From Scyliorhinus canicula (taxonomy: Eukaryota), in assembly GCF_902713615.1 (NCBI RefSeq), contig NC_052150.1, positions 78,113,790 through 78,177,789 on the forward strand: a DNA stretch of 64,000 bases, written 5' to 3'. The notes under the pieces are model-generated. The model ran no database searches. It had not been told where the DNA came from and was given only the letters and a program-made list of their open reading frames with translations. This document shows positions 48,701 through 59,657 of this stretch, one piece after another. How positions within the stretch are numbered: position 1 is the stretch's first letter; each line of letters begins with the position of its first letter. The position numbers were made by a program, and so were the translations under genes.

Positions 48701-51344
48701 TGGATAGAAAAACCCTAGTCCTAAACATTTACTGTCGTTAAAAAAAGCATCGTGAATCAGTTGCCAAAGAGTAACTCATTATGTGTTTGAGTTGTTCTTA
48801 TTTCAGGAGTTGCATCCAATGACAGATGTGCTTTATTGGAATGCCGGCCCGGAAGCTGAAGACATTGTATCAGCCGTTTTACTATTGCAATTATCTTGTT
48901 TTGATTGATCATAGCCAATAGTGAGAATAATAAAATGTAGCTGACTGGAGTGATGAGACATTTAATTAAGTGCTATGTACTTTTACTAATGATCTTTTAT
49001 TGTAAATATTAGGAGTGCTACTTAATTATGAGTGTAAACAATGCAAGTTTCTGGATCTACTTTCAGCAGGTACCAACATCAAATGCATGTATTAAAGAGG
49101 TGCAAGACTTTTGCGAAGAACAAATATGTTATTTCATGAGTGCAAACTGCGTCCGAATGAGTTCAGAGTTTATATCAGCAAAACTATGGAAATAACTGAC
49201 TGCAATATTTTGAAACTAAGAGTCGTTAATTTGTACTAAAACACATCAATAAAGACAGGTGTTTCTGTACATTCTTTGGTCTTATATCTTTTGTCCGGCT
49301 TATAGTTGCACATTATTTCCATGCTTAAGCCAAACAATAGACAGCCAGAATAAGTGCTTCACTTTGCTCAGAATTACATATGTTAGTGCATTTGCTAGAG
49401 CACCATAACTCTGCCACTTATTGTAAATCGCTCAAATTAATGAATCATAGAGGAATTTAGCTTATGCCTCTTCATTTCCAAACGCTGCTGCCTACAGTTG
49501 CCTCTCAGCCCTGCGCATGTAAGAGATGGTGATTTATTAACGACAGGAAAATTGAACAAAGCAGCACAGCTACACCGTGGTATCCAGGCATACATACTGT
49601 GAACTAGAACATCATCATATGTGTTTGTATTTGTTGCAATTAATCATGAAAAAAATCTAAAATATTACTGACACGCGAGAGACTGACTAAACACCATCAC
49701 AGACATGCCGTGATTTAAATCTGAATACTAAAGGGCGCTATTCATCACATTTATGACAGTATTAAGAAATAAAAAAATATGGAAACATAAACAGAATAAA
49801 ACACGGACCATAAAGACACTACTCACCACAATTCGTGCCTGAGTTGTGCCTCTTCCTTTTCTGAGACAGGTCTTCCAATTATAGACTTAGTTTTAAGGAA
49901 AGTTCATTTTCACATCAGACTGAAACAGATCTAGTGCGAATACTGACGACTACATATCTATTCCGGACTGGCTGCATTAATTATTTAATGAGTCACGTGA
50001 CTGGGGAGATTAAAATTTCAATACATACACAGAGGAGACGCGTGACCCTTTATCTTGGAGTGAGGAGTTTTTTTTCATTCTTTGCGCCCCTTCTTAGTTG
50101 AATCTTTATTGTTCTGGCTTTCTTTTAGTCTTTCGATGCTGACTGGTAAGTGATAATGCGAAGATGACTGGCCTGTGCTCATCCCAGATTTGACAGGTCT
50201 GCCATTTATGTCACCAATAGTTCGAACTGTCTCAGTCCAATATTCTTGGGCATTTCTTCAAGCTGTCTTTATTGTTCGCCTGACAGTTTGATATTGAAGC
50301 TCACTGTTACAGTACCCCGCATATATAACAGTCACATGTAAGACTAACTCTTTCATATATGACTTTACATCCCCCCAAGGCTGCGAAATTTGACACCAAA
50401 TCGACCCTCACTAGCCACAGTCGATATTTTATTATACCAGTCAAATGTGGATTAGTTTTTTGCATTGTGCCTGCTATATGGATGCCCACAGTTACGGTCG
50501 TGCACAGACTAGTCCTTTCAATGGTATACCAAACATTGCATTGCGTAATTGTGCACATTAAAATGCATACGATGAATTTTATGATTTGTGGCAATCTCTC
50601 TTACTATTTTCGATGTGTTTTAAACTCAAACGGTCGTGCTTTGAGTTTAACAAAATCGTACATTTTAACATGCGTGAACAAAAGAGACGTTGCATAATTT
50701 TATTAAATCAATTACCTAGAAATTTCCAAATAGCTGGCTCCAAAGAGCTATCAGCGCAGCTATAGGTTTTGGAAGGCAAACTTACATTTGATAGAAAACA
50801 TAGCAGTTAATCCTCTATTCAATAATCAGAACAATAGAGACCATTTAATAGGATAATTATCTCACTGTAACAAGCGTAGGATTGGATCTATTATTTTAAA
50901 TCGTGACATCCATTAACTACAAAAATGTTATTAACTAAACCATTTAAAATAGGCATTGTTTCTCATAACGCACTAGAGTTGTGTTTTCCAATTTGGTATA
51001 AATTATCGCCAAGTATTCTTTACATAAGCACGTCCCCCACAGTAAAAGGCACTGTATATGCAGACACATAATATATATGAACATGTATATATTATGCATG
51101 CACATACATAAACACACGCACCAATACGTGAACTTTTCCCTTTGTATCGGCGCATATATAGATGTGCGTTTCTTAAAAATAATATTGTTCGAATTTTTAA
51201 AAGGTTTTTTTACAACAAGCTACGATTTTAGCCCCTATCTGCAGGCATAGGAAATAGTGGAAAGAGCACTGTCCATCTTTTTAAAGGTCAAGGGTTTGAG
51301 GGGTCAGACTGCACCGCTAAAAGCGGCTAATCGGTTAGAAAATC

Positions 51345-51361
51345 TGTCCTCTTGGTGAACT
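51345..51361 (-). promoter_or_regulatory. HoxA4 3' DR5 RARE (paralogue of the Hoxb4 and Hoxd4 3' neural RAREs)
   Basis: AGTTCA-CCAAG-AGGACA, 2.6 kb 3' of the HoxA4 stop. The AGGACA second half-site is characteristic of the Hoxa4/Hoxd4 3' RARE. Confidence 0.85.
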
Positions 51362-53965
51362 CGCTCTGGTTGCCCAGCCGTTGGCAAACAATGCAACTTT
51401 TTATTACAAAAGACCGTTCGATTTACAATAAACCAAAAACATCAAAGAGAATGAAAATAAAGATGCAAACGGGGGCTCATTTGCTAAAGGCGCCTAAAGT
51501 TTGGTCAAATGAAAGATAAGTTTTAATAAACTTGTCCTTTCCAACACTGACTTGGAATAAAATGAATTACCTTTTGCCTTTGTCTATATGGGCTTATAAT
51601 TTTCTGTGGTAATAAAAATGGTCCAGCAAGCAACTCCAGGACTGTTCCAAGCGGAAAAAAACATGGTGCTCGTCGAGATGGTCACATTTTATTCAAGAGA
51701 ATCCATGTGTCCACACACTTTTCCAAAAGAACGCCCTTCAGACTTGCTGTTGAAGTATACAAAGAAGTATTTATTGAATGAGGTGATTAATGATTCCGAG
51801 CAAAATCTTGTATTTTCAATCTGTTTAAAATTCCTTTTACAGATAAGCAAGCACGACTGACTAATGGGGCGAATTTTCTCATCGTGCGATTCTTTGTCTT
51901 TCTGTATACTTTTGCAGTCGTCTTAAACCATTATCCAAAACATATTTAAGAATGTTTATGTCTGGCAATGCAGTTGTTGTTTGCTATTTGTAAAAAAAAA
52001 TACAAAATATTTCTATAGCTGCGAGCAGGGTATTTTTTTTCTCTCTCAAGGAGGTAAATGTGAAAATGCAGCCTATTTTCGTATGATCCCGATCGAAAGT
52101 TCTGACTATTATTTGTGAGTAATTTTACAACATAGAACATTTCAGTTTTAAACCAGCCTGAGGAGGAATCGCACCCACCAGCATAAGTGTATTTTCCCCA
52201 CCGCTAACGTGATGCCTTCTGTGCAATGGTGTTTGTATCTAGTTTCTGTACATTTTGAAGAAAAGGGAAAGAAAAGCTATGAACGAATTTCTATGCCCTG
52301 AGCTTTAAATGGTTGCTCGGACATACGGATGTATCAACATCAATAAGATGTTTATAAATAAGTGCATTGTTGTTGTACAATGAAGCCTCCGATGCCCACT
52401 ATTTTTTCAGGAAGCCTGATGTTTGTGCTGTCTTCAAGCAATCAATAACATTGAGCATATTAGAATTATCATCGTTCACAATGTTGGAAGTCACTAGCTA
52501 CAATTTGATGTTCAGTGAAGTCTCTCTTTCTTAATTGTTTAGCGCCCGTTCTCCATGATTGACAAAATGAAGTCACAGTGTATATTCGGATATTTAGTCC
52601 TGCAGTTTATATTTTATTAGCCATATATTACAAATAATAAAATAAACAATGCTTATATTTTTGTATTTGGAATGTTGTTACCGCATTAAATAACGTAAAG
52701 TGTGAGACAGAACACAGGATGTAAAGCCAAATTAAAAAGGTTCCCACATGGTTACACTTTATTCCAGGATCAGAAAATTAGCGTCTGGGGCCAAAGAAGG
52801 CCGTATTCGCCACCTTATAGATGACTTATTATTTGATCGCCTCACATTTTACTGCATTATTTACGACCCGGTGACGTAGAACTTGATGTGGAAAGGCTGC
52901 AGAAAGATGAATTGTAGATCCGTGCAGTAATTTAACCTCTTTCGCTCAGTTATTCTTCAGAACCAGCAGATATTTTGTAGTGTGGGGGTCGGATGGGGGT
53001 GGGGTGAGGACGAGGGGGGTTAAATTATTTTAGTTTGAGAACAGCAATACGAATATATTCAAAACAAATCAGTTAACTGCACAGCCACGTTTTGGAGTTG
53101 AAAAGTCATTCTCTGTGTGTTCGCTAAATCCTGACTGGAAGTAAATCGTACACATAAGAACTGAGATGGTCCACGAATTAACATTTTATTTAAAGCCGGG
53201 GGCTTCCATTTTTACACTGTAATTTATGTCTTTCGTTTTAGCAACATTTGGCACTGCACATAGCACATTGAAATATCCACAGAAAAATACACCAATCTTA
53301 CCAATGATTTGTACGGTTTCGTCACAGTTTGGACTGTACCAAATTGTTAAATATTCAACCACTCGTTTGAAATCTCTGGATAAGATCCTTGCACATTCGT
53401 CATACTGATATCAGTAACACGACTATATAGAGGATACAGGTTTAAAATAAAAACACCTTAAATAACGCTGGCGACATAATTTATTTCCTATATATGTAGC
53501 ATTTGGACAGTTTGCTCTAAAACCATTTCCACATCCACACATATTGCTGCCTTTCTCATTTTCTAAAACAGATTTATTCTTAAATTCTCACAAATATTTC
53601 AACAGACTATACTAGTTGAGATTATGACAACTGCTTACAGTTCCTCACAATATCTATTATTCGGTGTCCTTCTTTATCTTTTTTCTTTGAATATCATGGA
53701 AGAAGCCACTTTGACAGAACCTAGCATCAGTTCATGTGGAGGTAATGAAGGATACAGAATGTATCCAATCACACAGAAAACAATTCGAAGGTCTGCAGAG
53801 AATGGGTTAACACAACATAAATGCTTGTTCCTTATGGGGTTAACAGCATCTACCCTGGCAAAAAAATTTCACTGCAAGAAATCCCTCCACATTCAAGTCA
53901 GTTATGTAGCAGACACATTTTGGTCCAAACTATGTTGTGGGAGAGGGGTTGGAGAGTCGAAGCAG

Positions 53966-54291
53966 CTATAGGCTTGATGAATTTGGTGCTGAACCATCTG
54001 GCTGTGGGCCCTGGGAGGATACTTGTGTTTGCTGGCTTGTAGAAGATGATGAGCTAGCAGAACGCATCTTAGTGTTAGGCAGTTTATGATCTTTCTTCCA
54101 TTTCATCCTTCTGTTCTGAAACCAGATCTTCACCTGGCGTTCAGACAGGCAAAGAGTATGTGCAATCTCAATGCGTCGACGCCTGGTTAGGTAACGGTTA
54201 AAATGGAACTCCTTCTCCAGCTCTAAGACTTGTTGTCTCGTATAAGCAGTTCGAGACCGTTTGGGCTCTCCTCCAGTGTAATTTGGGTTCA
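53966..54291 (-). CDS. HOXA4: HoxA4 exon 2 (homeodomain)
   Basis: Acceptor TTTGTTCAG|TG at 54292/54291. Encodes [78 protein letters not shown]. 418+326 nt gives 247 aa. Confidence 0.97.
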
Positions 54292-54503
54292 CTGAACAAA
54301 ACAAAAGTAACCAAACATAAATACAGATACAGCCACGAATCTGACAATGGGATTAGATGCACGTGAATGAAGGTTCTAAAAGACAAGACTTTTCTTAAAG
54401 TGTTCTGACAACGGCGAACAATCTACTGCAATAAAATGGCTCTGGGTATTTAGGTTAGAAAAGCATCAAAGACACATGGCCAGGAGCAAGATCCAGGGCA
54501 ATG

Positions 54504-54526
54504 AAATTTATGGGCGCTGTAATTAC
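54504..54526 (-). promoter_or_regulatory. Hox4 intron HB1 element (homeodomain/Cdx sites)
   Basis: GTAATTAC-AGCGC-CCATAAATTT, the TAATTA...CCATAAA block conserved in group-4 Hox introns. Confidence 0.8.
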
Positions 54527-54639
54527 CGACCTAACAGTTAGGTGATCGTAAATCTCATGAAAGGGCTAGTTACAGAAAGGGTTCCGCACATCCGATTTCA
54601 ATTGAATTTTAATTGTTTCAGTTAGCTTTAGTTACTTAC

Positions 54640-55057
54640 CGGTAGTAACGTGAATTTTCTTCATCCACGGGTAAACTATGGGCTCTTTGCTGAGAGTACC
54701 TTTCTGGGCAGTGGGGGTTTTCGCATTCTGGCTACACAAAGCTGGTGTGGCTACTGGGACCACTTCACAAAGCTGATTCTGTCTCGGTATGTGATTTTGG
54801 AGGCTAGCCTGCGACTGCACATGACCCCTTTGCGACATGTCTTGGTTGCCAGTGCCTTGGACATTGTTGAAGCTGTAGGTCGGCTCTGGGTAGTTTGATT
54901 GTGGGTATAGTGCCTCATGATGGAATCCAGGGTCCCGCGGCCGCTCGTAGTATTCAGGAGATTGGCTTGGTATGTAGTTATTTTGAGAATATTCCTCACA
55001 AGGTGGAAATTTTGGCTCAACGTAGTTGGAGTTTATCAAAAACGAACTCATGGTCAT
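54640..55057 (-). CDS. HOXA4: HoxA4 exon 1
   Basis: MTMSSFLINSNYVEPKFPPCEEY...KEPIVYPWMKKIHV. Phase-1 donor ACCG|GTAAGT at 54640/54639. Confidence 0.97.
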
Positions 55058-55124
55058 TAATTTCTGAAGTGCAAAATACTAATTTTTCTCGCGTTGTCGT
55101 TTTTCTGTTCCATAAAACCCTCCT

Positions 55125-55180
55125 ACTTGCTGTCAAGTGTATAAAGTTAGCTGTTCATGTGATGCAAGCAGCCAATGGGG
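55125..55180 (-). promoter_or_regulatory. HoxA4 proximal promoter (Meis, E-box, CCAAT)
   Basis: CTGTCA at 55130; CATGTG (55156-55161)-N10-CCAAT (55172-55176), like the USF/NF-Y elements of the HOXB4 promoter. Confidence 0.7.
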
Positions 55181-58063
55181 TGAGTGGCTGTAGGCCCCGG
55201 ATAAGGAAATACACCAATGATGAATGCATGGACTCCAGTCAAAAATTCCATATTATCATTCAAAATCTCGTTTCCCCTGAAATTATGTTGTGGCAGAGGA
55301 AGAGAAAATTGAACCAACCAGGAAAACACTAATTTTGAAATAATTTTAAATGGGTAATGATATTATGATGTTTTATCGAATGCAAATATTTGCAAATGTA
55401 TGTTGACGGAGAAAACATCAGAAGATAGAATTAAATAGAGATCTGCTATCGCCTGAAATAGTTTACTCTTTTCTTGGAATGCTTCTGTACAGCACAACAT
55501 GGTTCAATGCTTTCTCGGTGTGTGTATGTGTGTGTGGGGGAGGGGGGGGGGGGTTGGATTAAGACAATTGGGAAAATAATGACGAGAGTTCAACGCACTC
55601 GCTTGTCCTTTCTAGTGCAGAGATGGTGCCAAAGGCATTCTAAAACCATGACTTACGAGAAGAATTCCCACAAAATTGCGAAAATACCTAGTTTGTTTTG
55701 CAAAACACGAGTAATTTCAAGTCCTCGATCAGACCAAATAGTGTTTTGTAGAACTTAATAGACATTCAAAGTATATGTCGAGTATTAAATAAGTCAGGCA
55801 AGAGTGGAAGATTTTGTCGACATACTACACAGGCATATAAGTGTTATGTAATCTATTGATATTCTTGGCCTAATAAATCTTGTTTTAAAATGCTACCATT
55901 TAATTGTTCGATTGTAATGTGCCTTATCTAATGGAATACTCTCCTATTAGATTTTCCCCCAGATCTGCTTTAATTGATCTTCATAAAGCAAAACGATAGA
56001 AACGAACATTTTATGGGTCGAGATACCCAATAAAAATAGATACTAATTATATAATCTTTTTAAAATGCACAAATCACAACTATTCGGTAAAAGGATTCAT
56101 TTGCATGGACCTTCATTCTAAAGCATTTAGCAAACGGTTTTTAAAATTGTATACTTGAATTTTTGAACAAACCGCTCCTTTCAATCTCCCTGAATAACTG
56201 AACGCTAACTGCATCAATTCTATTTCAGGTGTCTCTACTACATCCACACGTTTACGTCTGCATATGGTATAATTGGTTATTTCAAGAAATGTAATCCGTT
56301 TCAGAAACACAGAACACACCAGCAATAATTGATAAACCCTTCTAATGTTGACTTCCTTTTAGATGAAGTAAAAAACAACCTGCCGTAAAACAAATGCAAG
56401 CTAATTAGCTTGTGATATAACTTAATGTGATTAAAATTGTAAAACGTTTTATGTTTAAATTAACATCTACCCCAAACTGTCCACAATCTGAAATTGACCA
56501 AAAGGAAAAGTGACAATTTAGGTGCACTGCAGGTTATTTTTTTTTCAAAGCAGCCATATGCAATATGCCTTCTTCCCTGAAATCTAGTCGATTCACAACA
56601 TGAGCTCTTGTCAATCAAGGATGCATCATAATGTTTTAATGTTTGGACAATATACTGTTTTCGGGCAGACAAGCTAACATTTCATTAGAATGAACCTTCG
56701 TCAATCATCACAATACATCGTTTCTGGGATACATTCGCCAACCCACCCTGCTTTACTGCGTGGAATAATCGTCCATTAGAATGCTTTCAAATAAGTATCG
56801 AGCAGCAAAATTAATTGACTTTCAGTGTAATTAACAGATGTTTGTTTCCACTACTCACTATACAAAGGGAAGATCTGCATGGAAACAGTCTTAATATTTT
56901 GTACGATTTTAAAGCATTCACCAAGGACACCTTGTGCAAATGTTTATATTTAGATCATTCATGATGTAGTTTTGAAAACTACGAAACAGCCTCATAACGT
57001 AAACGGATCCAAATGATTTTGCTATAAACTTGCCTTTTGCTAAAACAAAACATTTAACTCCCAAAATATGCTGGGGTTTTTTTTCTCCTTGACAAGCATG
57101 GTGTGCATCTTTTTTCCTCAGACCACGTAACTTCCCTCCAAATAGCGCAGTCGAGTAATTAGCTGGGCCAATATGTGTATTTAAGCGCTTTGTCGAAAAA
57201 TGCAAAATAAAGGTTCTTATCGCATGAACATACGGCATTACTTGGGACAAGCAAACGCAGGTCATTCGCCTCTTCAGTTTTTTTTTCATAATAAACAGCG
57301 ATGGAGCCAGGACCCCCAAGTGTCACTTCGCATGCGTGTACATTTGACATTTTTACTGCAAGGGTAGATTTACAACCATTTTAAAGCGAAAGGCAAAGTT
57401 AACGCGTTTGGCGACATTTCCAAAACGTGGGTGTTTTCAGAGCTTATGTCAAACCTATACTTTAGAAAGTGTCGCGATGAGGAAAGCGGTTTTACATAAA
57501 CAGATTAGTCAAGTTATGAGCACGGAGGGAAGAGTTCTTTCGCGGTTTAATAAATTAGAAATTAGACGTTACCAGTTTTAAATTCTGCTTCGAACAGCAA
57601 ATCAGTGGTTTAGATGATAAGGAGTGTCATCATTTCTTCATTTACCGACTGAATCCATCAGCACGGCTCAGGATTTATCAGTTAGATTGTACCGTGATGA
57701 AACTGTGATTGTTTCCAATTCTATCTGGGGGCATATGGTTAAAACAGCCGGTGTCCAACTCACAAACAAAATAAAACAAATAAAATGGCACATTTCGAAG
57801 ATACGTCTTCGAGCAGGCTTGCAACCACATCCCACAGAGCTGCACAACTTGGCGTTTATTGGACTTCAACACGGGAAACAAAACAAAAGATTTTATTCAA
57901 TGAAACGAGATTTCGTAAGGGATACGCTAAGCTAAGTTTGGAAGTGACCGAAAAGTGACACCGTGTGCATTTTATTTCTTATTAATCTTATACATTGACA
58001 GTCTTTGTTAAGTAACAAGGCGTGCCATTCGCGAGGCGACATTTTCATATTTGTTAGACGCGG

Positions 58064-58080
58064 TGACCTGAATTTCACCT
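58064..58080 (-). promoter_or_regulatory. HoxA4 5' DR5 RARE
   Basis: AGGTGA-AATTC-AGGTCA, 3.0 kb upstream of the ATG; matches the AGGTGA-n5-AGGTCA group-4 5' RARE. Confidence 0.9.
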
Positions 58081-59591
58081 CGGCCTTGGACTTAGCCATT
58101 TCTAAAAGGCCTATAGTGCTCTTTCAAATACCAGGGTGTTTTGCCCAGGTCATTACCTTTGTGGAGGGGGGAATTCAGCAAAATGCGTGGGTGCTATGCA
58201 GTTCTGGATGTTTCAATAGCCCACTCGGCAACCGCCTTTAAATGTTTGTAAATAAGATGCTCACGTTTTCACGTAAAAATCAATAGATTTGCAATGTTTT
58301 GTTTCATACGCCGCATAACGCAATTGGAGTGGGGATGTGTTGAACAAAATTTAACGGCTTCCGTGATTAGACAATTTGCTTTTGGAATTTAAATTTAATT
58401 TCACTTGCAAAAAAGTTACACAAAGGACTGCCTTGTTTTACCAATACATCTGCACTTCATTTCAAATTCTTCTCATTGGTGACTCCATCCGTATGCTCTG
58501 GGTTCACAAACATACACAGGCTGCTGTTCTTTTTTTAAAAAAAAAAGTCGAATCCTTAAAAAATTATTTTAATGGGGAACATGGCTTGTCTGTGCAATTT
58601 TCTGTGTTTTAAAACTGTGACAACCCTTTTTTAAAAATTCAATCAATCCAGCGACCCTAATCAATTATTTTCCCGCTTAGGAATACGTTTTAACGTTTTA
58701 AAACTATTCTAGTAACAAGTGTCAAATTAATAAAACGAAATTATTCGTTTAGAATGGGGTTTTCGTCTCAGGAGAAGAAAGAAGTCAGGTCATTCGCAAT
58801 GGAGAAGTGCTCCTCTATTTTTATCTCCGCCACAACAAAATGCTGTATTCCCCTTTCATTTAAATCCACGACTTTTCCAGCCGCCCATTCATTTCCCTAT
58901 CTCTCTTCTTATCTAGCCATAGATACACAGATGCTAAAGTCTGCATTTTAAAGCATATTGCATATTTCAAGCTGAATGTGACTTTTTTGGATAATGTTAT
59001 ATGCCAGAATAAAGATGGCTTCTTCGTCCATTAAATAATGCATTCAATGTAGCCTTAGATATTAAATGATTTGTCTTTTCTTAACTTTTCGTATATGTTG
59101 TATATTTTAAAGAGCTCGTAATAAACATTGTTTTTGTTTATCTTTTCAGATATTTTATTTATTCACCTGTGTGATAATTATTGTGCTTTCGAAGGCACAT
59201 ATTTTCTAATTCTACAGGATGGAAGAACAATACGATTGCCCCACGGTATAGATATATGAGACATTTGCATTTTGTTACTCGCAATGTGTCTCTTATAGAG
59301 AATGAAGTGATATAACACTCAAACTCTTTATGTGATTTTACACTTTCTTGCAGCATCTCGATTGCAACTAAACGGAAAAGGTGCATCAAAATGATTACGT
59401 TTGGTGGAACTGTTACATCCGGGTTGCAATAATCTCTGAAGAATTTAATGCCACCATCAAGACCGGTCCTTGCCTCCGAAAATCTCATAACCCATTGTGC
59501 ATGGGCTTTACTCGTTTACTTTGCACATCAAGATATACGGCGGATATTACATTGCAACACTGCATTCGCATTAGAAACTAATGCCATTGTT

Positions 59592-59657
59592 ATAATAATA
59601 ATCGCTTATTGTCACGAGTAGGCTTCAATGAAGTTTCTGTAAAAAAAACCCTAGTCG
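59592..59657 (-). mobile_element. 5'-truncated SINE 3' end inside the cluster
   Basis: aatcgcttattgtcacgagtaggcttcaatgaagtt is identical to 9956-9991. The tail here is (ATA)n. Confidence 0.85.
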
